DNA from: Calditrichales bacterium
GTDB lineage: Bacteria; Calditrichota; Calditrichia; Calditrichales; J004
NCBI GenBank assembly: GCA_965267575.1
Contig: OZ254086.1
Span: forward strand, 4,352,001 to 4,416,000
Direction: 5' to 3'
DNA length: 64,000 bases
The notes beneath the pieces were generated by a model, which saw nothing but the letters and a program-made list of their open reading frames with translations, had not been told where the DNA came from and searched no databases. Positions within the stretch are counted from its first letter, which is position 1, and the number at the start of each line of letters is the position of its first letter. Shown here piece after piece: positions 48,538 to 58,999 of this stretch. Position numbers and translations under genes: made by a program.

Positions 48538-49902
48538 TTAACCTTCTTTTTCAATCAGATCGAGACCTTCGCGCAGGATGCCGCCAAAGTCATACTTGGA
48601 AGGACAGATATAGCTGCATAAGGCAATGTCCTCTTCCACCAATTCCAGAATACCCAGGCCTTCCATCTCTTCGATGTCGTCTGCCATAATGCTCTTCACC
48701 AGGTAAACCGGATAAATATCCATCGGCAGCACCTCTTCATAAAGGCCGCTCAAAACAAATGCGCGATCGCTTCCGTTCTTCAGCGTGCTTACCTCAAAGC
48801 CGACTTTGGGCAGCCAGCGGGAAAGAAACGTACGCGAATAGCTCGCAACATCTCCGCCGGGACGGAACCAGCCGACCAGCTTTTTCTCTTTCGGACCTTC
48901 GGGAATGACGCAGAGCAGGTTGTCATAAAATCCGACAAATCCGTTTAGCTGTTTTTTAGTCCCGGTCAAAACATCGCCGGAGATGGCGCGAACGTCACCA
49001 TAGGCAATGTTGTCTTCATTAACAAACAGCGAGATGGGCGCGCCAACCATTGTTTTAAAATAAACATGCTCATTAATGCCGTTACCGGCGATAGAGATAA
49101 TACGTTCGGTGGGTATTTTGCCGCTGGCGAACAGCTTGCCGATCATCGCAACAAAATAGGGTTTGACGGTCCAGATAACATCCCCACGGCGGATCGGTGC
49201 CACGTGGTGGATGTGAACACCAACGTTACCCGCCGGGTGCGGCCCGCTGAAACTGTTTTTTTCCACATTGTTAACCTGAGTAAAAGCCGCCGCCGGGCTC
49301 TTATCACGTCCATCGACGCCAAGGTAAACTTTACCTTCAGTCAGTTTTTGCAGGATATCAACGCCAAACTGGAATTCCTTCTCCAGCCCATCCATAATAA
49401 AATTCACGTCACTGGCCAATGGAGAGGTATCCATGGCCGAAATAAAAATATCACGCGGCTGAGCAGACGGATCGGCGATTTTACCGAACGGCCGCTGAAT
49501 AATCAGGGGCCACATGCCGCTATCGAGCAGCGTCTTTTTGATCTCGTCGGCAGAAGCGCTGCCCAGCTTATCCGCAGTCAGCGCGGGGAAAGTAATCTCC
49601 TCACTTTTCCCGTCACTTTCGATGATCACTTCTGTAATTTTGCGCCTTTCGCCCCTGTTTATGGCAACCACTTTGCCACTTACCGGAGAGGTAAATTTGA
49701 CTTCCGGACGGGCCTTGTCATGAAAAAGCGGGCTGCCTTTTTTTACCTGGCTGCCCTCTTCCACCTCTAGCCTGGCCTTCATGCCTTTAAAATCGACCGG
49801 TTGTAAGGCCACACGCTGCGGGGGCGCAACTTCCTTATAGCGTAATTCGGCCTTGCCCGCGATTTTGATATCAAAACCACGTTTAAGATTAAAATCTGCC
49901 AT
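48538..49902 (-). CDS. nqrA: Na+-NQR subunit A
   Basis: GPHPAGNVG, ISGDVLTG and EEDIALCSYICPSK. Confidence 0.96.
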   Translation of the reverse strand: MADFNLKRGFDIKIAGKAELRYKEVAPPQRVALQPVDFKGMKARLEVEEGSQVKKGSPLFHDKARPEVKFTSPVSGKVVAINRGERRKITEVIIESDGKSEEITFPALTADKLGSASADEIKKTLLDSGMWPLIIQRPFGKIADPSAQPRDIFISAMDTSPLASDVNFIMDGLEKEFQFGVDILQKLTEGKVYLGVDGRDKSPAAAFTQVNNVEKNSFSGPHPAGNVGVHIHHVAPIRRGDVIWTVKPYFVAMIGKLFASGKIPTERIISIAGNGINEHVYFKTMVGAPISLFVNEDNIAYGDVRAISGDVLTGTKKQLNGFVGFYDNLLCVIPEGPKEKKLVGWFRPGGDVASYSRTFLSRWLPKVGFEVSTLKNGSDRAFVLSGLYEEVLPMDIYPVYLVKSIMADDIEEMEGLGILELVEEDIALCSYICPSKYDFGGILREGLDLIEKEG

Positions 49903-50181
49903 CGCTTGTCCCTGTTTGGTTCCTTTTATTAAGCCTCTCGGAATGCTCCCAAAAGACGCTCAAAATGATTATTTTCACATAGTCACAAAATTTAAGGCAT
50001 CGTAACTTGTTACACAAACGAAATTATTGCTTCTTGCTTAATAATTAAAAGTCGACAAAATAAGCACAATATTTTCGGACACGCAAATTTATCGATTAGC
50101 AAATACTTTAAAATATTTCGGCATATTTGTACATTACGTGCTTGAATTTTTAGCAGCACAGGCAGCAGCGCGATTTTCCCA

Positions 50182-50778
50182 ATGAATCTTGCAAACATCT
50201 TAACTGTATCACGCATCATTATAACACCCGTTTTTGCTTACTTTTTTCTGCAAAGCGAACTCTCCAGCAAAGTGGGCGCGGTTGTTCTTTTTTTTATGGC
50301 CTCCATCACAGACTGGTATGATGGCTACTGGGCAAGGCGGCGCAATGTTATTACACGTTTCGGACAGTTTCTGGACCCCGTGGCGGATAAAATTCTGGTC
50401 TCCACGGCACTGGCTCTGTTCGCCTGGCTGGACTATGTCTATCTCTGGATGATCGTTCTCATCATCGCCCGCGACGCACTGATAACCTCCCTGCGCATGT
50501 ACGCGCTGTACCGCGGCAAGGTGATCATTACCAGCGTTTTCGCAAAATGGAAAACCTTCGTTCAGATGATTTTTGTCTTTTTGCTGCTAATTTACATCAG
50601 CATCCCCGGGCTGCCGGATATTACGCTGCATTACACTTACAAAGATTATTTCCTCTGGACCACGATTCTGGCTTTGATCGTTGTTTTGCTTACGGTCGCC
50701 AGCGGCGTTCATTACCTCATTTACAATCGTTCCCACATCATTGAACTGTTCCGGCGGCTGGCCCGGCTGTGGAGCTAG
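50182..50778 (+). CDS. pgsA: CDP-diacylglycerol--glycerol-3-phosphate 3-phosphatidyltransferase
   Basis: ANILTVSR and DWYDGYWAR...FGQFLDPVADK. Confidence 0.92.
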   Translation: MNLANILTVSRIIITPVFAYFFLQSELSSKVGAVVLFFMASITDWYDGYWARRRNVITRFGQFLDPVADKILVSTALALFAWLDYVYLWMIVLIIARDALITSLRMYALYRGKVIITSVFAKWKTFVQMIFVFLLLIYISIPGLPDITLHYTYKDYFLWTTILALIVVLLTVASGVHYLIYNRSHIIELFRRLARLWS

Positions 50779-51233
50779 CGGGCGTGGAAAAACTGGCTTT
50801 AATTATCTGCAGCGGACTGGGAAGCGGTTTTGCCCCCAAAGCGCCGGGCACCGTGGGCAGTTTGCTAATAGTGCTCGTTGTTGGTCTGGCTTCACCGCCT
50901 TTATGGGTTATGGTTGCCCTTTTTTTTATTGTAACGATTGTGGGGATCCTCCTGACGCCATTTGTGGAGCGCACGCACGGTAAAGACCCGGGGGTGATTG
51001 TGATTGACGAGTGGAGCGGTCAACTGCTGGCCTTGTGTTTATTTATCCCCGGCAGTGTTTCCTGGATAACCCTGTCGGCGGCGTTTGTTCTGTTCCGCCT
51101 GCTGGATATCTGGAAGCCGCTGGGCATCGACAACCTGCAAAAGCTGCCCGGCGGCTGGGGCGTTATGCTGGATGACGTTCTTGCGGGACTCTATGTGAAT
51201 ATTATTTTACACGCGTATCTGATATTTTTGTAA
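50769..51233 (+). CDS. pgpA: Phosphatidylglycerophosphatase A
   Basis: APGTVGS, DPGVIVIDE, FRLLDIWKP and MLDDVLAG. Confidence 0.93.
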   Translation: MELAGVEKLALIICSGLGSGFAPKAPGTVGSLLIVLVVGLASPPLWVMVALFFIVTIVGILLTPFVERTHGKDPGVIVIDEWSGQLLALCLFIPGSVSWITLSAAFVLFRLLDIWKPLGIDNLQKLPGGWGVMLDDVLAGLYVNIILHAYLIFL

Positions 51234-51350
51234 ACGGTGGTTAAATTAAAGTAGCAGCAACGGGTAACGTGAAATTTATTTCGCACTATTGCACAAAACG
51301 CTGCACAAAAGTGCCATTCTGAACTACGAAAAATGCGCTGCCCTTTCAAC

Positions 51351-51386
51351 ATTGACCGGGATCAAGAGTACGACCACGATCAGGAT
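51351..51386. repeat. Degenerate hexamer tandem array
   Basis: ATTGAC CGGGAT CAAGAG TACGAC CACGAT CAGGAT. Confidence 0.4.
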
Positions 51387-51433
51387 TTTGCCTGATTAAC
51401 ATCATGTTCATCACAGAAAAAAACGGATAAAAG

Positions 51434-52678
51434 ATGAATACAAAAGTTGAACTAATCAGCATTGGTGATGAGATACTGGCCGGTTACACGGTCAACACCA
51501 ACGCCTCCTGGATTGCGCGCAAGCTGCTGGATGTGGGATTGACCGTCCATTGGATTACGACGATCTCCGATGAGGAGAGCGAGATCATGGAAGCGCTGAA
51601 GAGGGCCAACAGCCGCGCCGGCACCGTAATCGTAACAGGAGGCCTGGGCCCCACCCCGGATGATATCACCAAAAATACAATCTGCCGTTTTTTTAATGCC
51701 GAACTGGTGCAGAATGACGAGGTACTGGAAAACATAAAAGAGCTGTTTAAAAGCCGCAACCGCGATCTGCTGAAATCCAACATCGCTCAGGCGCTGGTAC
51801 CGGAGGGTGCCCGGGTGGTGCAAAATACACGCGGCACCGCCCCGGCAGTCATAATGGAAAAAGAGGACACTTTTTTCTGCTTTATGCCCGGCGTGCCCAG
51901 CGAAATGAAAGGCATGTTCGATCCACACGTGCTCGATATGCTGCGCGAAGAAAAAAAGCCGGGCAAAGTCCACACACACCTTTTGCGTACGACGGGCATT
52001 GCCGAGTCAAGCCTGCTGGACATGCTGCAGGATCTGATCGACGAGCATCCCGATTTCCCTTTTGCTTTTCTGCCGCGGCACATAGGCGTGGATCTGCGTT
52101 TTCGGCTTATAACAAATGATGAACAAAAGCTTCAAAACTGGAAAGATTTTATCGCCGCCATTCAGGACAAGGCCCACAAGTATATTTTTGCCGATCACGA
52201 AATTGAGCTACAGGAGGTGCTCCTGAAACTGCTGAAGGAGCATGACCTCACCCTCTCCGTCGCCGAAAGCTTTACGGGAGGCCTGCTCTCGGATTGGCTT
52301 ACAGACATTCCCGGCTGCTCAGCGGTGCTTAAGGGAAGCGTGGTTGCTTACGCCAATGAAATCAAGAACAGCGCTCTGGGCGTTAAGGATGATACACTGA
52401 AAAAGCACGGCGCTGTCAGCGAAGAAACTGCGCTGGAAATGGCCCGGGGTATTCAAAAATATTTTAACACATCCTGCGGCATCGCCACGACCGGTATTGC
52501 GGGTCCATCAGGAGGCAGCAAAGAAAAGCCGGTAGGTCTGGCCTACATAGCCGCCTGTTACGGGGACAAGCAGAACGTGCGTCGCTTCCATTTCGGCAAC
52601 GACCGCTCCATTATAAAAATGCGCGGCGCGATGGCCGGGCTGGAACTGCTGCGCCGCCTCATACTGGATCCGGACTGA
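51434..52678 (+). CDS. cinA: Competence/damage-inducible protein CinA (MoCF-like domain plus NMN deamidase domain)
   Basis: IGDEIL, GGLGPTPDD, PGVPSEM, AESFTGG and TGIAGPSGG. Confidence 0.95.
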   Translation: MNTKVELISIGDEILAGYTVNTNASWIARKLLDVGLTVHWITTISDEESEIMEALKRANSRAGTVIVTGGLGPTPDDITKNTICRFFNAELVQNDEVLENIKELFKSRNRDLLKSNIAQALVPEGARVVQNTRGTAPAVIMEKEDTFFCFMPGVPSEMKGMFDPHVLDMLREEKKPGKVHTHLLRTTGIAESSLLDMLQDLIDEHPDFPFAFLPRHIGVDLRFRLITNDEQKLQNWKDFIAAIQDKAHKYIFADHEIELQEVLLKLLKEHDLTLSVAESFTGGLLSDWLTDIPGCSAVLKGSVVAYANEIKNSALGVKDDTLKKHGAVSEETALEMARGIQKYFNTSCGIATTGIAGPSGGSKEKPVGLAYIAACYGDKQNVRRFHFGNDRSIIKMRGAMAGLELLRRLILDPD

Positions 52679-53232
52679 TGCGTCTATTTATCGCCCTGTC
52701 TCTCAGCGAAAATACAAGTGCCAGGCTTGACGATTACATAAAAACCTTGCGCCCCCTGGCCCGAGAGTTCAAGTGGGTCAAAGCGTCCAACCTGCATCTT
52801 ACGTTAAAATTCCTGGGCGAATGTAACAGCGCGCAAAAAGAAAATATCGTCGCCACATTGCGGGATATTCTGGCAGACACACCGGCTATTAACCTCCAGA
52901 GTACATCACCGGGCTGCTTTCCGCATATCAAAAAACCGCGGGTATTCTTTTTGGGACTTAAACCGGAGCCGCAGCTGATCACTTGCCAAAGCACGATCGA
53001 ACAAGCCATGGCCGCGCTGGGTTTTGAAGCGGAAAGGCGCCCTTTCCGGCCTCATCTTACATTGGCGCGCATAAAAGATCCGTTCAAAGCCGCTCCGAAA
53101 ATGAACAGTCTGTTTGCTCAGCCTTATCCTTCATTTGAGCAAACCTGCGACAGCCTTGAATTGATCCAAAGCCAGCTCACGCCCGCCGGGGCCATCTATA
53201 AAACGGTGCAACGCTTCCCTTTAAAAAAGTAG
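52678..53232 (+). CDS. thpR: RNA 2',3'-cyclic phosphodiesterase (2H family)
   Basis: Two HxT motifs (HLTLKFLG, PHLTLAR); MRLFIA start. Confidence 0.93.
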   Translation: MRLFIALSLSENTSARLDDYIKTLRPLAREFKWVKASNLHLTLKFLGECNSAQKENIVATLRDILADTPAINLQSTSPGCFPHIKKPRVFFLGLKPEPQLITCQSTIEQAMAALGFEAERRPFRPHLTLARIKDPFKAAPKMNSLFAQPYPSFEQTCDSLELIQSQLTPAGAIYKTVQRFPLKK

Positions 53233-53253
53233 TACAATCGTACAAAAAATTGA

Positions 53254-53282
53254 TTGCAAAAATTAGATATATGTGTTAGTTT
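53254..53282 (+). promoter_or_regulatory. Candidate sigma70 promoter of recA
   Basis: TTGCAA, 17-bp spacer, TAGTTT, with an extended -10 TG at 53274-53275. Confidence 0.45.
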
Positions 53283-53328
53283 CCTGCTGTCCCGCCGTTA
53301 AACTGACAATCTTTTGGAGTGAAAAATT

Positions 53329-54360
53329 ATGAGCCAGGAAAAGCAAAAGGCCGTTGATGTAGCCATGACCCAGATCGAGCGCCAGTTTGGAAAAGGCTCG
53401 ATCATGAAGCTGGGCGATCGTGTTAAAGTCAACGTGGATGTTGTGCCCACCGGATCGATCTCTTTGGATTCCGCGTTGGGTGTTGGCGGTGTTCCGCGCG
53501 GCAGAATCACTGAAATTTACGGGCCGGAATCTTCCGGTAAGACTACGCTGGCCCTGCACGTTGTGGCCGAAGCGCAACGCGGCGAAGGACTGGCCGCCTT
53601 TGTGGATGCCGAGCACGCGCTGGACCCCATCTATGCCAAAAAGCTGGGCGTAGACACAACCAACCTGCTGGTCAGCCAGCCCGACAACGGCGAGCAGGCG
53701 CTGGAGATTGTTGAAACGCTGGTACGCAGCGGCGCGCTGGATATTATCGTGGTAGACTCGGTAGCGGCGCTGGTGCCCAAAGCGGAAATCGAAGGTGAGA
53801 TGGGCGACGCCCACATGGGTCTGCAGGCCAGGCTGATGTCGCAGGCACTGCGCAAACTGACCGGAACCGTAAGCAAATCCAACACCTCCGTTATTTTTAT
53901 TAACCAGGTACGCGAAAAGCTGGGCGTTATGTTTGGCAACCCGGAAACAACAACCGGCGGCCGCGCCCTGAAATTCTATACCTCCATCCGCATGGATATC
54001 CGCAGGATCGCGACGATTAAAGAGGCCAATGAGGTGGTAGGTAACCGCACCAAGGTTAAAGTGGTGAAAAACAAGCTGGCCCCGCCCTTCCGCGAGGCTG
54101 AGTTCGATATTATGTACGCCCAGGGTATTTCGCGCGAAGGCGATATCCTGGACCAGGCGGTAACCCATAATATCGTCGATAAATCCGGTACGTGGTTTTC
54201 GTATAAAGAAACACGCCTCGGCCAGGGACGCGAGAATGTAAAACGCTTCCTGAAAGACAATCCGGATATTCTGGACGAAATCATGAAGGACCTTAAGCCC
54301 AAGATGGGTCTGGCGCCTTTGCCGCAGCCCGAACCGGAACAAACCGACGGCAACAAGTAA
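53329..54360 (+). CDS. recA: Recombinase RecA
   Basis: [25 protein letters not shown] and [12 protein letters not shown]. Confidence 0.99.
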   Translation: MSQEKQKAVDVAMTQIERQFGKGSIMKLGDRVKVNVDVVPTGSISLDSALGVGGVPRGRITEIYGPESSGKTTLALHVVAEAQRGEGLAAFVDAEHALDPIYAKKLGVDTTNLLVSQPDNGEQALEIVETLVRSGALDIIVVDSVAALVPKAEIEGEMGDAHMGLQARLMSQALRKLTGTVSKSNTSVIFINQVREKLGVMFGNPETTTGGRALKFYTSIRMDIRRIATIKEANEVVGNRTKVKVVKNKLAPPFREAEFDIMYAQGISREGDILDQAVTHNIVDKSGTWFSYKETRLGQGRENVKRFLKDNPDILDEIMKDLKPKMGLAPLPQPEPEQTDGNK

Positions 54361-54367
54361 AATCATC

Positions 54368-54391
54368 GGCGTCTGAAAGGACGCCTTTTTT
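54368..54391 (+). terminator. Intrinsic terminator between recA and recX
   Basis: GGCGTC-TGAAAG-GACGCC followed by TTTTTT. Confidence 0.8.
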
Positions 54392-55036
54392 ATGTCTGAA
54401 ACCATCCGTATTGAAAATGTTGAGCTGCGCAAGCCGCGCCACAAAATTTACACGCTAAGCGATGCGTCGGGCGAAGCGCTTGGCGAGCTTCACGAAAATA
54501 CTATCATCAAGTTCCTTATCCGATCAGGCTCTGAGTTTACTTTTCAGGAGTGGCAAAAGATTATCGCTTATGACGAATATGAAGCCGCGCTGGAGCAGGC
54601 CTACTTCTACCTGCAGCGACGCCAGCACCTGGAAAAAGAGCTGCGCCGAAAGCTTTTTCAAAAAAGATACAGCGCGGAAATTTGCGGCAGGGTCATCGAT
54701 ACGTTGCGCGACAAAGGCTACCTGGACGACGCGGAATTTATTGTTTCCTTTATAAAAGACCAGTTGCTTACAAAACGCTCCGGACCACTGCGCATAAAAA
54801 GCAAGCTGCTGGAAAAAGGCGCTTCCATGGACCATGTAGATGATTCCCTGGCTGAGCTATACAGCCGCGAACAGCAACTTGAGAATGCCCGCTTCCTGCT
54901 AAGCAAAAAAGCGCAGGGCCCGGCAACCATAACAATCGATGAAAAGCAGAAACTGGTACGCCACCTGCAAAACCGCGGCTTTACCTGGAATATTATTGAA
55001 CAGGCGCTTTACGAGGAAAAGCTGGAGACGGAATAG
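54392..55036 (+). CDS. recX: Regulatory protein RecX
   Basis: YLxRRxHxEKELRRKL, GYLDDAEF, GPxRIKxKL and LxNRGF; lies downstream of recA. Confidence 0.9.
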   Translation: MSETIRIENVELRKPRHKIYTLSDASGEALGELHENTIIKFLIRSGSEFTFQEWQKIIAYDEYEAALEQAYFYLQRRQHLEKELRRKLFQKRYSAEICGRVIDTLRDKGYLDDAEFIVSFIKDQLLTKRSGPLRIKSKLLEKGASMDHVDDSLAELYSREQQLENARFLLSKKAQGPATITIDEKQKLVRHLQNRGFTWNIIEQALYEEKLETE

Positions 55037-55081
55037 GGATTTTACGAAAATCTGAATGAATGTCGCGTTACAGGATAACGT

Positions 55082-55444
55082 CTAAACGCCTAGTTGCTTT
55101 TTAATACGTTCTATGAAGCTGGGGAAAAAAAGCGGTTTTTCAAAAAAGATGTCGCGGTGGTCAGTCAATACATCGCTGAAGCCCATGGCATGGGCAGAGA
55201 CCAGGAAAACCGGTATCGCCTTGAATTCCGATGCCTGCAGCCAACGGTAAAAATCCACCCCGTTTTCGCCCGGCAGTCCGATATCGGTAATGACCATATG
55301 GATTGTTTTTGCGGCCAATATTTCGCGTGCCTGGCGCGTATTTAACGCCAGCTCCGTATCGAAACCGGCCTTTTGCAAAAATACACGGGCCAATAATCCC
55401 GCCTGATAATCGTCATCAATGTAAAGCACCGTTTTAGCCTGCAT
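55082..55444 (-). CDS. Single-domain response regulator
   Basis: VLYIDDD, ITDIGLPGENG, VSAH and KP. Confidence 0.88.
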   Translation of the reverse strand: MQAKTVLYIDDDYQAGLLARVFLQKAGFDTELALNTRQAREILAAKTIHMVITDIGLPGENGVDFYRWLQASEFKAIPVFLVSAHAMGFSDVLTDHRDIFFEKPLFFPSFIERIKKQLGV

Positions 55445-55585
55445 GCTGCCAATCCATACTTATTGTTAAAAATTTTCTCTTTTTATAAATTGAAGGATTG
55501 TTAAAAATAACCCGTTAATGGCTAAAATACTATACGGCGTGTGACGCAACCGGGAAAATCTCTCAAATAAAGGAATATTTTTTCT

Positions 55586-58201
55586 ATGACAGCCAATGAA
55601 ATCAGAAAACAGTTTATAGATTTTTTTAAGGACAAAAAGCATACTTTTGTGCCCAGTTCACCGGTCGTACCGCAGGATGATCCGACACTGCTCTTTACCA
55701 ACGCCGGCATGAACCAGTTTAAGGATGTTTTTCTCGGTAAGGGCGATCGCGCCTATTCACGTGCCGTCAATTCTCAAAAATGCATCCGCGTCAGTGGCAA
55801 GCACAACGACCTTGAAGAGGTGGGTCACGATACATACCACCATACTTTTTTCGAGATGCTGGGCAACTGGTCGTTTGGCGATTATTACAAGAAAGAAGCC
55901 ATTGCCTGGGCCTGGGAGTTGCTGACGGAAGTCTGGAAGATGCCCAAGGATCGTTTGTATGCGACTGTTTTTGGCGGCGATGAAGATGACGGTTTGGCCG
56001 CGGACGAAGAGGCCGAAAAGATGTGGCGCGACGTCACCGATATCGACCCGTCACATATATTGCGTTTCGGAAAAGATGACAATTTCTGGGAAATGGGCAA
56101 CACCGGACCCTGCGGCCCCTGCTCTGAGATTCATATTGATCTGACGCCGGACAAAAGCGGCGGCAAGCTGGTAAATGCCGGCGTTGCAGATGTGATCGAG
56201 ATCTGGAACCTGGTTTTCATTCAGTATAACCGTGACGATAGTGGTAAGCTGAGTACGCTGCCGGCGAAACATGTTGATACGGGTGCCGGCTTCGAACGGC
56301 TGGTCGCCGTGCTGCAGAAAAAAAGCTCCAACTATGATACCGATGTTTTTCAACCGATCCTTGATGAAATCGGCAAAATTTGCGGGACCAGCTATGCCGA
56401 CTCTTCAGAAAAAATTGCCTTCCGCGTTATTGCAGACCATATACGCATGCTGACTTTTTCCATTGGCGACGGCGGCCTACCCTCCAATGAAGGTCGCGGT
56501 TATGTGATTCGACGTATTCTGCGTCGTGCCGCGCGCTATGGCCGCAAGCTGGGTCTGCACGATCCCTTCATCCATAAACTTGTACCCTGCGTGGTTAAAC
56601 ATATGGGCGATGCTTTTCCGGAAGCGAAAGACCGCGCCAGGCACATTGCTAAAATCATTCGGGCTGAAGAGGAACAATTTAACCGCACGCTGGATCGCGG
56701 CCTGGAAATCTTCGAAAAGATCAAACAGGAGCTTAACGGCAAAAAGGCAACTGTTATCCCCGGCAGCGATGTATTCCGGCTTTACGATACTTACGGCTTT
56801 CCCGTGGACCTGACCCGTGTTCTGGCTGATGAAAACGCGCTGACAATCGATCTGGAAGGATTCGAAAAGGAGATGGAAAAGCAGCGCGAACGTGCACGGG
56901 CAGCGGCCAAATTTGAATCCCAGCAGGTGGAAACGGGCTCCTGGACGGTTCTGAATGAAGGCCCCGATTCTGAATTTGTGGGTTATGACGAAACAAGCCT
57001 GGAAACAAAAATCAGTCGCTACGCCCGCAAGAACGGCACGGTTATACTGCGCCTGCAGCGGACGCCTTTCTATGCCGAATCCGGCGGCCAGGTGGGCGAC
57101 AAGGGTGTAATACGCGGCAAGGATTTTGAACTAAAGGTCATAGATACACAAAAGCAGGGTGACGCCATCATCCATATTTGCGAAGATGGCAAAGAGTTTA
57201 AGCCCGCTGAAGATAACGTAAAAGCCACGATCACCGAATCGGACAGGCGCCGGACGGTAAAAAACCACACGGCCACGCACCTGCTGCATGCGGCACTGCG
57301 CGAGATTCTGGGCGATCATGTGCATCAGGCCGGTTCGCTGGTGGAGCCGGAGAGGCTGCGTTTTGACTTTACCCATTTTGAACGTGTAACTCCCGAACAA
57401 ATCGAAAAGCTGGAGACGATCGTTAATGATCAGATACAGCGCGACTTGCCGCTGAAGATTGAGAATAAAAACTTCCAGGAAGCCAAGGCCGAAGGCGCCA
57501 TGGCCCTTTTCGGCGAGAAATACGGGGACGAAGTGCGCACCATCCGGATTGCCGATTTCAGCTACGAATTGTGCGGCGGCACGCATGTTAAAAGTACCGG
57601 TGAGATCGGTTTTTTTGTTATCACGTCCGAAAGCAGCATTGCTTCCGGTGTGCGGCGCATTGAAGCAATAACAGGTCCCGCTGCTGTGGCTTACGCGCAG
57701 GAAAACCGGCGCAATCTGGCTAAAGCCAGCCATCTTCTTAACACCAACGAGCACGATTTACCGGAAAAGATTTCGGCCTTGCTGGAAGAACGGCGCAAGC
57801 TGGAAAAACAGCTCGCCGAAGCACAATCTGCCCGGCTTAGTGAAGGCTTGGACAGCATTATCGCCTCAGCGCAGGAACTGAACGGTATTTCCGTAATAAC
57901 CCATCATGGGGATAATCAGGATACCGATCAGCTAAAGGACCTGGCCGATAAAATCCGCAACAAAGCCAGTAATACGGTTGCCCTGCTGGCATCAAAGCTT
58001 CCGGACAAGCTGATGTTTGTCTGCCTGGTAACAGACGATCTGCTTAAGGAAAAACGTTTTAATGCCGGTAACCTGGTGCGCGAAGTGGCTAAAGTTGCCG
58101 GTGGCGGTGGTGGCGGACGGCCGCATATGGCCACAGCCGGCGGCAAAGATATCTCCAAACTGAACGACGCCTTTAAAAAATTCAGGGAACTGCTTAGTTA
58201 A
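55586..58201 (+). CDS. alaS: Alanine--tRNA ligase
   Basis: LLFTNAGMNQFK, HHTFFEMLGN, HTATHLLH, ELCGGTH and GGGGGR. Confidence 0.99.
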   Translation: MTANEIRKQFIDFFKDKKHTFVPSSPVVPQDDPTLLFTNAGMNQFKDVFLGKGDRAYSRAVNSQKCIRVSGKHNDLEEVGHDTYHHTFFEMLGNWSFGDYYKKEAIAWAWELLTEVWKMPKDRLYATVFGGDEDDGLAADEEAEKMWRDVTDIDPSHILRFGKDDNFWEMGNTGPCGPCSEIHIDLTPDKSGGKLVNAGVADVIEIWNLVFIQYNRDDSGKLSTLPAKHVDTGAGFERLVAVLQKKSSNYDTDVFQPILDEIGKICGTSYADSSEKIAFRVIADHIRMLTFSIGDGGLPSNEGRGYVIRRILRRAARYGRKLGLHDPFIHKLVPCVVKHMGDAFPEAKDRARHIAKIIRAEEEQFNRTLDRGLEIFEKIKQELNGKKATVIPGSDVFRLYDTYGFPVDLTRVLADENALTIDLEGFEKEMEKQRERARAAAKFESQQVETGSWTVLNEGPDSEFVGYDETSLETKISRYARKNGTVILRLQRTPFYAESGGQVGDKGVIRGKDFELKVIDTQKQGDAIIHICEDGKEFKPAEDNVKATITESDRRRTVKNHTATHLLHAALREILGDHVHQAGSLVEPERLRFDFTHFERVTPEQIEKLETIVNDQIQRDLPLKIENKNFQEAKAEGAMALFGEKYGDEVRTIRIADFSYELCGGTHVKSTGEIGFFVITSESSIASGVRRIEAITGPAAVAYAQENRRNLAKASHLLNTNEHDLPEKISALLEERRKLEKQLAEAQSARLSEGLDSIIASAQELNGISVITHHGDNQDTDQLKDLADKIRNKASNTVALLASKLPDKLMFVCLVTDDLLKEKRFNAGNLVREVAKVAGGGGGGRPHMATAGGKDISKLNDAFKKFRELLS

Positions 58202-58241
58202 TTTTTGAAGGCAGCAATGGCGGGGTAATAACGATTAAGCT

Positions 58242-58949
58242 ATGGCAACTAAAATGAGTGCAGGCCAGGGAACACCACCCATCGTACCATACATTCGCGA
58301 GGAGCTTAAAAAATACGCTGACCCTGAACAGGCCGGCCCGATGCAGGCCTATATGAAGACCGACCAGCCGTTTTATGGCGTCAAAGCGCCGCAGCGTGCT
58401 GCCATATTTAAAGAAGCCAAAAAGAAATTTCCTGTTAAAAGTCGGGAAGAATACGAAACCGCGGTTCTTGAGCTGTGGCGGGGAGAAACCCGTGAAGAGC
58501 AATACATGGGACTGGACGTCGCCACGCATTTTAAAAAATTTCGCACCGCGGAAAGCTGGCAGCTATATGAGAAACTGGCAGCGGAAGCTGAAAACTGGGA
58601 TACGCTGGACTGGATCGCTTCGCACCTTATAGGACTGCTGGTTTTAAAGCATCCTCACTTCGAAAGAGAACTAGAGCGGTTGGCTGCTTCGGAAAATTTC
58701 TGGCTACGCCGTACCGCTCTGCTGGCCCACCTGAAACATAAGCAGGAAACCAATACGGCCCTTCTGGAAAAACTTATTCTGCAGATGGCCCACGAAGACG
58801 AATTTTTCATCCGCAAAGCCATCGGCTGGGTGTTGCGCGAGTACTCCAAAACAAACCCGCAATGGGTGATTGAATTTGTGGAAAAGCACGGCGAGCGCCT
58901 CTCCCCGTTAAGCAAGAAGGAAGCGCTGAAGGTGGTGGAGAAAAGGTAG
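58242..58949 (+). CDS. DNA alkylation repair protein (AlkD-like, HEAT repeats)
   Basis: MQAYMK...FYGV, NWDxxD, NFWLRR and EFFIRKAIGWVLREYSK. Confidence 0.9.
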   Translation: MATKMSAGQGTPPIVPYIREELKKYADPEQAGPMQAYMKTDQPFYGVKAPQRAAIFKEAKKKFPVKSREEYETAVLELWRGETREEQYMGLDVATHFKKFRTAESWQLYEKLAAEAENWDTLDWIASHLIGLLVLKHPHFERELERLAASENFWLRRTALLAHLKHKQETNTALLEKLILQMAHEDEFFIRKAIGWVLREYSKTNPQWVIEFVEKHGERLSPLSKKEALKVVEKR

Positions 58950-58999
58950 TTTGCTTTATTTTGCCGTGGTAATGTTTATTGAGCAACATATTAAAAACT

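Noticed and set aside
49963..49990. Rex/CRP-like half site (TTCACA) upstream of nqrA
   Set aside because: Only one half matches, which is not significant in AT-rich DNA.
53263..54444. 393-aa ORF antisense to recA
   Set aside because: Shadow frame of a highly conserved gene with no motifs. Long antisense frames are common with this codon bias.
50182..58201. pgsA-pgpA-cinA-thpR-recA-recX-alaS as a novel system
   Set aside because: This is a widespread, well-known conserved gene neighbourhood.
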